NCBI GenBank assembly: GCA_963665115.1 | Contig: OY762007.1 | Location: 4,480,001-4,544,000 of the forward strand | Reading direction: 5' to 3' | Length of the DNA stretch: 64,000 nt | Origin: an uncultured Rivularia sp. | GTDB lineage: Bacteria > Cyanobacteriota > Cyanobacteriia > Cyanobacteriales > Nostocaceae | Part shown: in pieces, positions 32,209 to 43,976 of the stretch | How positions within the stretch are numbered: position 1 is the first letter of the stretch | Layout of the letters: the number at the start of each line of letters is the position of its first letter | The notes under the pieces: model-generated | The model's database searches: none | What the model was told of the DNA's origin: nothing | Seen by the model: the letters and a program-made list of their open reading frames with translations, nothing else | Position numbers and translations under genes: made by a program

Positions 32209-33538
32209 ATGACAAAGCCTAAAATCTCTAAAAAAGTATCTACTGCTTTAATTAACTCGTTGGCTGCGGGGGTAGTACCCAGGGTTGGATTGGAACATAT
32301 CGCGGTAGGTAGGGAAAAAGAACTAACAAGCCTTTTGCAAAATATCGAGGATGTTGCCCAAGGAGTAGCTGCATTTCGGTTTGTCATTGGTAATTATGGT
32401 TCGGGAAAAAGCTTTATGCTGCAACTTGTTCGCAATCAAGCGATGGAGTTGGGTTTTGTCGTTACTGATGCCGATTTATCTTTAGAAAGACGATTAGCGG
32501 GAAGTAGTAATCAAGGTTTGGCTACTTATCGAGAATTGATGAGTCGTCTTGCTACTAAAACTCGTCCCGATGGTGGTGCTTTTGTTTCGATTTTGGAAGG
32601 ATGGATTAATAAAATTCAGCAGGAAGTAGTTAAAGAAAGCGGAATGAAGCCTAATGACGAGGGATTTGACGATACGGTAGAAAAGAAAATTAGAGAAGTA
32701 GTTCAACAGATAGAAGATTTAGTCCACGGTTTTGATTTTGGTAATGTAATTGTTGCTTATTGGCGCGGATATCGTTTGGATGATGACGATTTAAAAAATG
32801 CAGCATTACAGTGGTTGCGGGGAGAATTTAATACTAAAACCGAAGCCAAAACGGCTTTGGGAGTACGAGTAATTATCGACGATGAAAGTTGGTATGACTA
32901 CGTTAAGTTGTTAGCCAAATTTGTTGCAGAAATTGGCTACAAAGGGCTTTTAGTTTTATTAGATGAAGCAGTGCATTTATATCAGATATCGCCTACAGCA
33001 AGTCGGCAAAAGAACTATAGCAGATTGCTGGCAATTTTTAACGATGTAATGCAGTGTAAAGCCGAACATCTTGGGGTGATCGTCGGTGGAACGGTCAAGT
33101 TTTTAGAAGATCCAAATAGGGGATTATTTTCCGATTCAGCTTGGCGAAGACGTACTAAAGAAAGCCGTTTCGCAGCCAAAGCAGGAGTACAGGAATATAA
33201 TGGGCCCTGCAATCAAGCTTAATCCTTTGAGTGAATCAGAAATTCTAGATTTATTACAAAAATTAGCTGACATTCACGCGCTGAACTACAACTATAAAAA
33301 AGCTTTAACAAATAACGATTTGAAAGAGTTTGTCAAAGAGATTATTAATCGTTTGGGAGCTGAAGCTTTACTGACTCCCGGCGAAATTGTCCGCGATTTT
33401 ATCAGCGTGCTAAATATCTTGCATCAAAATCCGCAAATTACTTTAAGCAAGATAATTCATGATTCCGAATTTAAACCCAGCACGATAAAAGCAAATACAG
33501 AAGTAGATGAAGATGGGGTTGCGGAATTTAGTTTGTAG
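32209..33538 (+). CDS. DUF2791 (BrxD-like) P-loop ATPase (Shango SngB-like); apparent +1 frameshift near 33200
   Basis: SLAAGVVPRVGL, GNYGSGKS, LLDEAV, TPGEIVRDF. Confidence 0.88.
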
Positions 33539-33539
33539 A

Positions 33540-33590
33540 TTGGTAATTGGTAATTGGTAATTGGTAATTGGTAATTGGTAATTGGTAATT
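33540..33590 (+). repeat. STRR heptamer array (TTGGTAA)n
   Basis: About 7 tandem copies. Confidence 0.9.
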
Positions 33591-34071
33591 TTAACGGGCT
33601 GCTTCATAAAAATTAAATATAGTTTATAACTCTATATGAGAATTTATAAACCTAATTTTTTGAAAAAGGCGGGTTATCTAGGCTTCAGATTTTAACAAGC
33701 GATAATTTTTAGTTTTGAAGTATTTTCTGCAACAAAAATAGATAATAAATATGTTCGCTATCGACTTTATTCAAATTTATAGCGAAATACGATTTTATTG
33801 TATAAATGAATAGATTTATATCAAATGATTTAGAAACCTTTTATGATTGCAAAAAAAACAATCATGTCTTGAGTAATTATCTTGATTACCAAGCTTCAAA
33901 AGGGGACTAAATAAGATAGAAAAACTTTATCTGCGAAGGTCAACACAATTAAAGTAATGTGGGTGTAGACTTTTATTTGGGATAAAAAGGTTTAAATACT
34001 TGTCACCCAATGCCCAATGCCCAATTCCCAATTCCCAATTCCCACTTCTAAATTTATAACTCGTAATCTCT

Positions 34072-35754
34072 ATGCAACTTGTTCACGGATTGAATTTTAG
34101 GAACCTGCGCGGAGATTTATTTGGTGGTTTAACTGCTGCAATTGTTGCTTTACCGTTAGCTCTAGCGTTTGGGGTTTCCGTTTCACCGGAAGATGGTGCG
34201 ATTATGGGGCTGTACGGTGCTGTTTTTATCGGCTTTTTTGCAGCATTGTTTGGTGGAACTCCATCTCAAATTTCAGGCCCCACAGGTCCGATGACGGTGG
34301 TAATGGCAACTGTATTTAGTACTTTCGTTAGCAAAGATCCAAATACAGGAGTGGCGATCGCCTTTACCGTGGTGATTATGGGAGGAGCATTTCAAATCCT
34401 TTTCGGATTGCTGCGGCTGGGGAAATATATCACTTTAATTCCTTACACTGTAATTTCTGGCTTTATGTCGGGGATTGGATTTATTATCTTATTTCTGGAA
34501 ATTGGACCGTTTTTTGGACATCAAGGTTCTCCAAATGTCATCGAATCGCTGCAAAAATTTTCTGAATATGTTAGTACTGCTAATCCGGTAGCGGTGGGAT
34601 TGTCTGTTTTAACTTTAGTTATAGTATTTGGTTCCCCTCCAAAAATAAATCGAATTATTCCTTCACCTTTATTAGCGTTGGTAATTTGTACGCTAATTTC
34701 GGTTTTTGTATTTCCCGATAGCGGTATTCCAGTCATCGGAGAAATTCCGATGGGTTTACCCAAACCGCAACTGCCGCGATTGGATTTTAGCCAAATGCGA
34801 ATAATGGTAGAGTATGGTTTGATGTTAGGAACTTTGGGATCTATCGATTCGCTTTTAACTTCCTTAGTTGCGGACAATATTACTCGTACAAATCATGATT
34901 CCGATAAAGAATTAATCGGACAAGGAATCGGTAATGTACTCGCTGGTTTATTCGGGGGATTACCGGGTGCTGGTGCAACAATGCGAACCGTTATTAATGT
35001 CCGTGCCGGTGGAAAAACTCCGATTTCGGGAATGGTTCACGCAATAGTATTATTAGTAATTGTTTTAGGTGCAGGGAAACTAACAGAAAATATTCCTCAC
35101 GCAGTTTTAGCAGGTATTTTAATCAAAGTTGGTATAGATATTATCGATTGGAGTTTCATTAAACGCGCTCATAAAATATCCATGAAGGCTACTGGATTGA
35201 TGTACGCAGTATTATTTCTTACGGTTTTTGTAGATTTAATTACTGCTGTAGCCGTCGGAGTATTTTGTGCCAATCTATTGACTATCAAACGTTTAACCGA
35301 TTTACAAGCTAAAGAAGTTAGAGCAGTAACAAGTCCTGATGGAAATCATCATAAATTGGGTTTGAGTTTAGCAGAAGAACAGATTTTAAGCAGAGGGGAA
35401 GGTCGGATTTTATTATTTCACCTTGGCGGACCAATGAGTTTTGGTGCTGCAAAAGCAATCTCGCAGCAAATGTCGATTGTAGAAAATTATGATGTATTAA
35501 TTTTAGAATTTAATGAAGTACCATATCTTGGGGTAACAGCGACTTTAGCTATAGAAAATATGGTCAAAGAAGCATACGAAAAACGGCGTACTGTGTATCT
35601 AGTAGGTGCCAGCGGTGCAGTAGAAGACAGATTCAGAAGATTGAAAATCTTGCGACGAGTATTAGAACAAAATCCAGTAAATACACGTTTAGAAGCTTTA
35701 GAAAAAGCCATGATTATTGTTAATCAGCGTCGGGTAACATCTAATGAGTTGTGA
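34072..35754 (+). CDS. SulP/SLC26 anion transporter (BicA-like) with STAS domain
   Basis: RGDLFGGLTAAIVALPLALAFG, SGPTGPM, DSLLTS, GAGATMRT. Confidence 0.92.
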   Translation: MQLVHGLNFRNLRGDLFGGLTAAIVALPLALAFGVSVSPEDGAIMGLYGAVFIGFFAALFGGTPSQISGPTGPMTVVMATVFSTFVSKDPNTGVAIAFTVVIMGGAFQILFGLLRLGKYITLIPYTVISGFMSGIGFIILFLEIGPFFGHQGSPNVIESLQKFSEYVSTANPVAVGLSVLTLVIVFGSPPKINRIIPSPLLALVICTLISVFVFPDSGIPVIGEIPMGLPKPQLPRLDFSQMRIMVEYGLMLGTLGSIDSLLTSLVADNITRTNHDSDKELIGQGIGNVLAGLFGGLPGAGATMRTVINVRAGGKTPISGMVHAIVLLVIVLGAGKLTENIPHAVLAGILIKVGIDIIDWSFIKRAHKISMKATGLMYAVLFLTVFVDLITAVAVGVFCANLLTIKRLTDLQAKEVRAVTSPDGNHHKLGLSLAEEQILSRGEGRILLFHLGGPMSFGAAKAISQQMSIVENYDVLILEFNEVPYLGVTATLAIENMVKEAYEKRRTVYLVGASGAVEDRFRRLKILRRVLEQNPVNTRLEALEKAMIIVNQRRVTSNEL

Positions 35755-35807
35755 TGTCTGGTTATTACGGTAATTGTAATCAAATTGATTTGGAAATAAG
35801 ATGTCAT

Positions 35808-36450
35808 TTAATTTCGTATATAGTCTTCATTAATAGCTGCATTTTCTATCTGGTTACGAAATAGATCGAGCATTGCAATTATTTCTGCGTGTAATTCTAT
35901 ATACTCTTCTCGATCGGATATCGAATATTCACCATGTGCAATTTCGTTTCTTTTCTTTAAAAGCTTAGTATCTATTAATACGGACTTTGTAGAGTAGGGT
36001 GAAAAGTCAATTCCTAAAATAATAGTTATTTCTTTTAATATTTCAGAAGAGAGGTTTGATGCAGTAGAAATTATGTCTTTCGGTAGCTCGCATCTTTGAT
36101 TTAATTCGTCTTAAAAAAAATCACAAACAGGTATATATAATGAAGGTTTATTTGTCTCTCTTGCCTCGTTAAGCCTTTCTTTCATTGCTAAAGCTAAAAA
36201 ATTGCTAGAAAGGTCTTTATAGCAAAGTTTTTGCATTCTGACATATTCCAGATAGGAATTTGCTGCTAATTTTACGAAACCTTCCCAATGAGCGTAGAGA
36301 AGACATATTCCACTGCGAATTAAGGCATTGTGTTTAGAAAGAGAAAATTTAGTTTCTACCAATGATTTAACTTCTGAAAGCTCTTTTTTTCGCCAAGCAA
36401 GTTCATTAGATAGTTTATCGCTTAGTTGTTCGGCAGTTTCTGAGCTTCAT
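35808..36450 (-). pseudogene. MAE_28990/MAE_18760-family HEPN nuclease, interrupted (+1 base near the start; in-frame TAA at 36111-36113)
   Basis: LAWRKKEL, LLYAHWEGFVK, TASNLS, RNEIAHG (RxxxxH). Confidence 0.8.
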
Positions 36451-37553
36451 TGGTGAGAAAATACCTCTCTACCAAGAGGAATAAGATATGGTAAACGTCT
36501 TGCTGCATTCACTCCTGCTCCCGACCATTTTTTATAAGTTGAATTTGTCCAAATGTTTTTAATGTTAGAAGAGATTTCGTTCGCTTGAGGTGGGTTTTGA
36601 TAGTTGTATCCAATTCCTAATGCTATGACTTCATATGCTGATAATAAAAAGCCTCCAATAAATCTATCTTGCTCGCGTTTGTATCTCTTAAAGCTATCAT
36701 CACTTAAAGCATCATCAAGAATATCAAATGTTTTTTTAAAAGCTTTTTCTATATGGCTATAATCTAACTTTTTATTAAGAGACATTTCACGCATTCCGTC
36801 TGTAAGGAAAACGCTAACATCTCCACCCAACTGTTTAAGACTTTCCTCATCTTTATCGAAAAGAAGAATAAAACGTAATACTAATTCCATATCATACTGC
36901 TCTTCATAAAGCCTATCGCTTAAGGCAATACAACTTCTAAATGATTCATAATTAGCAAGTGAACCCATCAATTCATATAAATCTTTATTCAACATTAAAA
37001 GAATACAATTTCTTACTTCTTGGGGTGTAGCAATTGCTCCTCCTGTATTCAGTCGCTGAAACAGTTCATATTTAACCATTTCATCACTTTCTTTTTCAAC
37101 GATATTAACTGCTATTTTTGCTCGCTTTATCAATAAACGTTGTGCTTGGTTAAAAGAATTTTCTTTATCGTTTGGATCGTCCCATTTTTTGCCTTCTAAA
37201 GAAGGTAAGTAGGTAGTTTTTTGCAAGGCTACACTTGATTTATTTTGTTGCTCCTCTGTTTTTAAAATACCTACAAATTCATATATCGTTGACAATCTTT
37301 GGACACCATCAACAACATCCCAAACACCATCATCTCTTTGACTAACAAAAATTGGTGGAATTGGTATTCCTAGAAGAATTGACTCTATAAAAGTTGATTT
37401 TTGATGGTCAGACCAACGAAAAATTCTTTGAAAATCTGGATGAATATCAATCTCATTATTTTGATAAAGGCTAATCCACTCACCAATAGACATTGAGTAT
37501 CCATCAGTACGAATTTCTTGCCTTGTTTTGTCAATCTCTTCTTGCAGGTGCAT
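36447..37553 (-). CDS. DUF262 (GmrSD N-terminal/ParB-like) protein
   Basis: PDFQRIFRW, FIESILLGIPIPPIF, VVDGVQRL, FQRLNTGG. Confidence 0.92.
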   Translation of the reverse strand: MHLQEEIDKTRQEIRTDGYSMSIGEWISLYQNNEIDIHPDFQRIFRWSDHQKSTFIESILLGIPIPPIFVSQRDDGVWDVVDGVQRLSTIYEFVGILKTEEQQNKSSVALQKTTYLPSLEGKKWDDPNDKENSFNQAQRLLIKRAKIAVNIVEKESDEMVKYELFQRLNTGGAIATPQEVRNCILLMLNKDLYELMGSLANYESFRSCIALSDRLYEEQYDMELVLRFILLFDKDEESLKQLGGDVSVFLTDGMREMSLNKKLDYSHIEKAFKKTFDILDDALSDDSFKRYKREQDRFIGGFLLSAYEVIALGIGYNYQNPPQANEISSNIKNIWTNSTYKKWSGAGVNAARRLPYLIPLGREVFSHQ

Positions 37554-38089
37554 AATTTTAAATATTATAAAATTCTATTTACTTTACTACTGATTGTTGA
37601 TAGTAACGTCTCGCCATTCTATCGCTATAAATAACTTTTAACTGTTATTTACTTCAGATAATTCAATATTAATTTATGTTGGTTTATTCTGATATTATTA
37701 ATGATTTTCACTACATATTCTGTTTAGATAATTTATAAATAGTAGAGAAATATACAAACTAGTTTATTCAAATATATGACTGGGATAAAAGTAACATATA
37801 CAACTAATTTTGTTCAATTTTAGCATCACCTAAATTTTCATTATACCGTCCTACAGGAGTTTGAAGTTGATATCGTCTTTTCTCAAGTTATACAATTTAA
37901 GTGATTCAACTAGGACTTACTTACCCAACTTTCAAAAGAAATAATTATCCGATTCGTAAAAATTATCTAATTACCAGCCTTTGTATAAGCCTACATATAC
38001 AAAGGCTACTGCTGTAAAAATCCCCACTCTTTTGTGGAAAAGCTAGAATCAAAGTAGGGGTTTTAGACTGTGGAATTTCTGTAAAAAAT

Positions 38090-39499
38090 ATGAACAGTGA
38101 CATTTTAGGTTCCCGTTACTCGATCCAAGAACAACTTGGTAAGAAACCTGGAAGATATACGTATCTAGCGTTAGACGCAGAAACTCAAAATTTAGTCGTC
38201 GTCAAATTGCTTAAATTAGATAGTGATTTTGAATGGGATAGCTTAAAACTGTTTGAACGAGAAGCGCAAATCTTACAAAATTTATCTCATCCAGCAATTC
38301 CGGAATATCTTGATTACTTTGACATTGATTCACCTGAAACCAAGGGTTTTGCTTTAGTTCAAAGTTATATTGATGCAAAATCTTTAGAAGAACAAGTTTC
38401 AAATGGACGCACTTTTAGCGAAGCTGAGTTAAAAGAAATAGCCGAGAAGATTTTAAATATCTTAATTCATTTACACGAACGCAAACCTGCAATTATTCAT
38501 CGAGATATCAAACCCAGCAATATTTTGCTGACAAACCGTTCTGGAAATAGCGCTGGTGAAGTCTATTTAGTAGATTTCGGTTCGGTACAGAATATTACCG
38601 TTGTGGAAAATGGGACTTTAACTGTTGTGGGAACTTATGGTTATATGTCACCAGAACATTTTGGTGGACGTGCTGTTCCCACTTCCGATTTATATAGTTT
38701 GGGAGCAACTTTAATTTATCTTGCTACTGGAATGCATCCAGCGGATTTTCCTCAAAAAGATTTACAAATTCAGTTTGAAGAAAAAACCCAATTAAGTCAG
38801 CATTTTACTCGCTGGTTGAAAAAGGTATTAGAACCCAGTCAAGAAAAAAGATTTCATTCGGCACAAATAGCTTTAGAAGCCTTGCAAAAACCAGAGATAG
38901 TTAATTTTAGCTTTGCCGATGGTGCTGCGATCAAACCAGTTGATACCAAAATTTTATTAAAGAAAGATGTTGATAAAATCCAGATTATTAAGCCAGAAGC
39001 AGGATGGAATTTTGGTTCCTTTGCAAAGTTAGTCAACAATACAATTTCTACTTTCGTAGGACTAGTTTTCATAATGATTTTTAAGTCATTCCCGTTTGTT
39101 GGGTGGCTTATTTCGCTAACGCTTATCTGGTTAGGAGTAGCTAAATGGGCAGATTTTCTATTTGAAATATTTGGAAAAACTCGACTAGTTATAGGTAAGA
39201 AGAGAATTTATTTAAATTATGAAATTTTTGGGTTGAGATTTAAAAAACCTCGTCCATCTTTACGGCAAGATATAATTAAGCTCGAATACACTAATTCTTA
39301 TCTCCAAGAAAATAAAAATTCTAGGGGAAATGTTTCTTACAAAGAAATTTCACCAGCAATTATTATTTGGGCTGGAAATAAACAATATAAACTTACCGGA
39401 ATGACTCAAACCGAACTAGAATGGCTGTTAAAAGAACTGAGTGATAGCTTAGAATTACCTTTCCAACGTCGAATTTTACCTGTAGTTAAATCTGATTAA
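38090..39499 (+). CDS. Hanks-type Ser/Thr protein kinase with C-terminal membrane domain
   Basis: HRDIKPSN, DFG, GTYGYMSPE; two TM helices. Confidence 0.93.
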   Translation: MNSDILGSRYSIQEQLGKKPGRYTYLALDAETQNLVVVKLLKLDSDFEWDSLKLFEREAQILQNLSHPAIPEYLDYFDIDSPETKGFALVQSYIDAKSLEEQVSNGRTFSEAELKEIAEKILNILIHLHERKPAIIHRDIKPSNILLTNRSGNSAGEVYLVDFGSVQNITVVENGTLTVVGTYGYMSPEHFGGRAVPTSDLYSLGATLIYLATGMHPADFPQKDLQIQFEEKTQLSQHFTRWLKKVLEPSQEKRFHSAQIALEALQKPEIVNFSFADGAAIKPVDTKILLKKDVDKIQIIKPEAGWNFGSFAKLVNNTISTFVGLVFIMIFKSFPFVGWLISLTLIWLGVAKWADFLFEIFGKTRLVIGKKRIYLNYEIFGLRFKKPRPSLRQDIIKLEYTNSYLQENKNSRGNVSYKEISPAIIIWAGNKQYKLTGMTQTELEWLLKELSDSLELPFQRRILPVVKSD

Positions 39500-39534
39500 T
39501 TTTGCATTAATAGGGAATAGGGAAGATTAAATTT

Positions 39535-40259
39535 TTACAACTTATAAAAATCAAAATTACCCACCTTTGCAACAACATCGGGATTCTTTGCCAAACGCCC
39601 ATCTTCCATGTATATAATCCGATCGGCGATATCAAGAATGCGGTTATCGTGCGTTACCAGCAAAATCGTGCAGCCTTTCTCCTTCGCAAGACTCTGCATT
39701 AATTCCACCACATCACGCCCAGATTTTTTATCCAATGCTGCGGTAGGTTCATCAGCAAGGACTATTTTTGGTTCAGCAACCAAAGCACGAGCTATAGCAA
39801 CCCGTTGCTTCTGTCCCCCAGATAAATCATCTGGGTAATAATTTACACGGTCGCCCAATCCAACTGCTTCGAGCATTGCAATCGAACGGCTTTTCATTTG
39901 TGCTGTAGAAATACTCTTGTGTACTTCCAAACCCATTCTGACATTTTGCAAAGCCGTTAAACTGCCATGTAAATTGTGCGCTTGGAAGATGTAACCATTA
40001 CTGCGTCTAGCCTGCGTCAACTTGCCCGCATTAGCACCAATAAGTTCTTCACCCAAAACTTTCAAGCTCCCAGATTGTGGCGATCGCAAACCTCCAGCTA
40101 AAGTAAGCAAAGTAGTTTTACCAGAACCAGAAGGGCCCCCGTCATAATGATAATTTCACCAGCATTTATTTCCAAACTGATATCAAATAATACCTGCTTG
40201 CGAAGTTTTCCTTTCCCAAAAAAATGGTCAAGATTTTGAATAGAAATTACAGAAGACAT
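39535..40259 (-). CDS. DevA-family ABC ATPase; apparent frameshift at 40133-40140
   Basis: Reconstructed GPSGSGKTT; LSGGQKQRVAIARAL; DEPT. Confidence 0.9.
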
Positions 40260-40327
40260 AAGAAGAGATAGTGGTTAGTAGTTAGTAGTTAGTGGTTAGG
40301 AGTTGGGAGTTATTGCAATAGATTTGT

Positions 40328-40351
40328 GTAGTGGGAGCATCTTGCTCCCTA
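40328..40351. repeat. GTAG-type REP/SDR-like palindrome family (other copies 41686-41709, 45298-45321, 55691-55714, 55849-55872; degenerate copy 24008-24029)
   Basis: GTAGTGGGAGCATCTTGCTCCCTA and variants in both orientations. Confidence 0.8.
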
Positions 40352-40393
40352 GCAGCAATCTTTTGTTCACTGTTGAATGTTAACTGCTCGCTG

Positions 40394-41575
40394 TTAAAAC
40401 ATATCTGCTGGATCTGCTGACTGAACTTTCCGAGTTGCTATAACTCCAGAAATCGCACACATAATTACAGTTAAAATAAACACCGTAGCTGCTCTACCTA
40501 CAGTCATGGCAATCGGTAAATTTGTGGCTTTTCTTGTTAATTGATAAAGCCCTAAAGGTACTATAGAACCTGGAATAAATCCTAATAAAGCTAAAATCAA
40601 AGCTTCTTCAAATACAACACCTAATAAATATAAATTGCGATAACCCATTGCTTTAAATGTGGCGTATTCTTTCATATGAGCATTTACATCAGTTGAAAGA
40701 ACTTGATAAACAATAATTACCCCAACAATAAATCCCATTGCCGTACCCAAGGTAAAGATAAAACCAACGGGAGATTCTCTCGACCAGAAGTCTATTTCAA
40801 ATTGAATAAATTCTTCGTGGGTAATAACTTTTATGTCGTCAAAATCTCTAAATCTATATTTTAAATCTCTGGCAACTTCTACAGGATCGTAACCTTCTTC
40901 AACCTTAATCAATGCTAAATTAATACTGCTAGCTTGGCGTTTACCGAATAACCTTAAAAAATTATCTCCGCTAGTAATTAAGTTACCATCAGCACCGAAA
41001 GAAGTTCCTAAAAAGAATAGTCCTCTAATATCTACAGTACGTCCTTCAATTTCCGTATTAACAGTTTTTCCTTGCTCAATCTGAGCTATAGCTTCTGTAT
41101 ATTCCCCCTTAGTTCCTTTATCAAATAAGAAAGTATCTGGGAGCTTGAGTAATGGCAATTGTTGCTTTAATTCTGGCAAATCTAAAGCTGGTTCATCCGG
41201 TTCAATTCCTAAAACTTGAATCGAAGTCTCTTGCTTAGTTTGGGGATTTTTCCATTTCACAATACTGACATACATGGGTTCTGCCGATTTTACTCCAGTT
41301 ATATCTTTTGCTTGATACATTCGTCGCCGCGAAAATGTAGATAAACTCTGCATATTTTTCGCTTTGGGACTAATCAAAACAATATCCGTATTCAAAGTCC
41401 GATTAAGACGAGTATTACTACTAAATAAAGCTCCTTGAAAACCGAGCTGCATAAACATCAAAACATCAGCAAAAGCAATACCCGAAATCGCTACTAATAA
41501 CCGACTTTTTTCATGACTTAATTGCAGCCATCCTAAAGGAGTTCGCCGCCGTAACTGTTCAATAAACCCAACCAT
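40394..41575 (-). CDS. devC: DevC-family ABC permease
   Basis: RRTPLGWLQL, GIAFADVLMFMQLGF, EYATFKAMGY, ADPADMF. Confidence 0.92.
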   Translation of the reverse strand: MVGFIEQLRRRTPLGWLQLSHEKSRLLVAISGIAFADVLMFMQLGFQGALFSSNTRLNRTLNTDIVLISPKAKNMQSLSTFSRRRMYQAKDITGVKSAEPMYVSIVKWKNPQTKQETSIQVLGIEPDEPALDLPELKQQLPLLKLPDTFLFDKGTKGEYTEAIAQIEQGKTVNTEIEGRTVDIRGLFFLGTSFGADGNLITSGDNFLRLFGKRQASSINLALIKVEEGYDPVEVARDLKYRFRDFDDIKVITHEEFIQFEIDFWSRESPVGFIFTLGTAMGFIVGVIIVYQVLSTDVNAHMKEYATFKAMGYRNLYLLGVVFEEALILALLGFIPGSIVPLGLYQLTRKATNLPIAMTVGRAATVFILTVIMCAISGVIATRKVQSADPADMF

Positions 41576-41730
41576 AATTTTAGATTTTAGATTTTAGATT
41601 TGAATCGTTTCAATTAAATTACGTAATGCGTTAGTGCAGTCTGCCTGTAAGAAAACTGGGAGTATAATTTATAAGTATTGAGGAATAGCGAGCAAGATGC
41701 TCGCACTACGAATTCTTAATTGATAATTGT

Positions 41731-43035
41731 TCACCGATAGCTGATTTCCACTTCAACCTGCAAATTAGTAAACTTGCTCGCTATCTCGCTTGATTTCTCA
41801 TCCAAATTGATGCGAACTTCTACAACTTTTGCATCAATATTCTCGCTGGGATCGGTATTTATTACGTTTTGACGACGTATTTTTGAACCAATCCAATCCA
41901 CTTCTCCCTGCAATTGTGTTGGCAAAGAATTACTGGTAATAATCGCCTTTTGTCCGACTTTTATTTTACTAATATCTGTTTGATAAACTTCTGCTTCTGC
42001 ATACATCTGGCTGGTTTGCCCAATCTCGACAATCCCATTACTCGAAACCACTTCCCCCGCACGAGTATGTATTTCCAATACCTCACCAGCTTGGGGACTC
42101 CGCACGTAAACTTGCTTCAACTTCTCTTTAGCCTGATTTACCGACGCTACAGCATCCTTAACTTGTGCTTCTGCTGCTTGTACATCTACAGGGCGCACTT
42201 CAGAAACGCTGTCTAATGTAGCTCTGGCTTCGCTAATCTGCTTGCTTCCAGTATTGTTAATCCGTCTCAAAGCAGTCTCGGCTTCGCTGACTCGTTTAAT
42301 TCCTGTCGTTTCAGTTCTTCTAAGAACCGCTTTTGCTTCACTGAGTTGCTTTTGGGCTGTTTCCATTGCCAAACGCTTGCTATCAAAAACCGAACGAGAA
42401 ATAGCACCATCGTTGTACAACTTTTGATAGCGTCGATACTCAGCTTCTGCGTTTCTCAGTTCAGCCTCAATTCTCTCAATAGTCGCCTGTTGCGCCGCAA
42501 TATCACCCTCTAGCTGCGCTTTCAAGCGGATAACTGCATCAGCTTGAGCCGCTCTGTCACCTTCTAACTGAGCCTCCAAACGGGCAACTGTCGCCTTTTG
42601 CGCCGCAATATCGCCGCTTTTCGCTCCCGCTTTCACCTTCGCTAAATTAACTTGAGCAATTTTTACCTGTTGCTCGGCTTTGACAACATCAGCTTGCAGT
42701 CTATCTTTGTTATCGAGAACTGCAATAATTTGTCCAGACTTAATCTTCTCCCCTTCCTTAACCAACAATTGCTCGACTCTACTTTCTTGGTTAGATGTCG
42801 GTGCGGAAACTTTAACAATTTCTCCCTTTGGTTCTAAACTTCCCAAAGCAGTTACTTTTGTAATCTCAGGTACTCTAACCAGAGCTTCTTTTGCTGCATT
42901 AATTTCCGCCCTTTTAAATTGCCTGTAAGTAGTGACACCACCCACAGCAATTGTTGCGGCGATCGCCATTATCAACAGTTGCCGAGAACTAGGTTTAAAC
43001 GAGATATTGTTATTAGCTGCTGTATCGCGCACCAT
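41731..43035 (-). CDS. DevB-family membrane fusion protein
   Basis: VTALGSLEPKGE, coiled coil, AEVYQTDI, DAKVVEV. Confidence 0.92.
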   Translation of the reverse strand: MVRDTAANNNISFKPSSRQLLIMAIAATIAVGGVTTYRQFKRAEINAAKEALVRVPEITKVTALGSLEPKGEIVKVSAPTSNQESRVEQLLVKEGEKIKSGQIIAVLDNKDRLQADVVKAEQQVKIAQVNLAKVKAGAKSGDIAAQKATVARLEAQLEGDRAAQADAVIRLKAQLEGDIAAQQATIERIEAELRNAEAEYRRYQKLYNDGAISRSVFDSKRLAMETAQKQLSEAKAVLRRTETTGIKRVSEAETALRRINNTGSKQISEARATLDSVSEVRPVDVQAAEAQVKDAVASVNQAKEKLKQVYVRSPQAGEVLEIHTRAGEVVSSNGIVEIGQTSQMYAEAEVYQTDISKIKVGQKAIITSNSLPTQLQGEVDWIGSKIRRQNVINTDPSENIDAKVVEVRINLDEKSSEIASKFTNLQVEVEISYR

Positions 43036-43071
43036 TGGGTGCCTCCTGGATACCATAAGGATAAAGAATGA

Positions 43072-43112
43072 ACTAAGCGGTTTAGCTATATTTATAAACT
43101 AAACTGTATAGT
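43072..43112. promoter_or_regulatory. two imperfect palindromes (consensus ACTAAACnGTTTAGT), likely TetR operators
   Basis: ACTAAGCGGTTTAGC at 43072-43086 and ACTAAACTGTATAGT at 43098-43112, in the divergent devB/tetR spacer. Confidence 0.6.
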
Positions 43113-43166
43113 ACAATAACGTCAAGGGGTATCTAACTAAAGAATGAATTTCCGATTTAATTACTT

Positions 43167-43976
43167 ATGAAAGAAACACAATTATCCGAAAAAGCCGAAG
43201 CAATTCTTCAAGGAGCAATAAAAGAATTTTTAGTACACGGCTTTGCAGCTACAACGATGGATGGAGTTGCAGCTACAGCTAAAGTCTCGAAAACTACGGT
43301 ATATAGTTATTTTCAGGATAAGGAAACCTTATTTTTAGCTTTAACTGAGCGATTAACAAAGCAGAGGTATGACAGAGTATTTAATCCCCAGAAAGCTCAA
43401 TCCAGCAAAGAAGAAGTAAGCATTGTGCTGCATCGTTTAGCAAACAGTATGTTAGAAGCGATGATGGGCAATGAAGAAGCGCTAGGATTATTACGGATAA
43501 TTATCGGAGAGTCGGGACGTTTTCCTGAATTAGCAAGGGCTTTCGTCACTATCATTAAAAAATCGGCTTTACAGGATTTAACCCAATTATTCGAGTCTCG
43601 TAGCGAACTCAATTTACCCGATGCAGAAGTCGCAGCCAGAATATACATGGGTACATTTATGCATTTCGTGATGACTAGCGAAGTGCTGCACGGTAAAGAC
43701 ATTATGCCAATCGAACGGGATAGGTTAATAGACAACTTGATTCACCTACTAACCAGCAATCAAAGCAATGCAACTACAAAACATAAATCTTCCCGATGCA
43801 ACCGCAGCGATTCGGGTAAATTCCAGCAAGATTACAAAGCCGAGCAAAAACGCTTGCGCTCCATGAGACTCACAGATACAGCTTGGGAAAAACTAGCTGC
43901 CATCGCCGAATCAAATCAACTCAGTCGCAGCGAAGTTATTGAAATGTTTGCACGGGGAGAAGGATTAGAAAAATAA
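43167..43976 (+). CDS. TetR/AcrR family regulator with extra C-terminal ribbon-helix-helix-like domain
   Basis: N-terminal HTH (GFAATTMDGVA..VSKTTVYSYF), ESGRFPEL, C-terminal RSMRLTDTAWEKL..LSRSEVIE. Confidence 0.88.
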   Translation: MKETQLSEKAEAILQGAIKEFLVHGFAATTMDGVAATAKVSKTTVYSYFQDKETLFLALTERLTKQRYDRVFNPQKAQSSKEEVSIVLHRLANSMLEAMMGNEEALGLLRIIIGESGRFPELARAFVTIIKKSALQDLTQLFESRSELNLPDAEVAARIYMGTFMHFVMTSEVLHGKDIMPIERDRLIDNLIHLLTSNQSNATTKHKSSRCNRSDSGKFQQDYKAEQKRLRSMRLTDTAWEKLAAIAESNQLSRSEVIEMFARGEGLEK

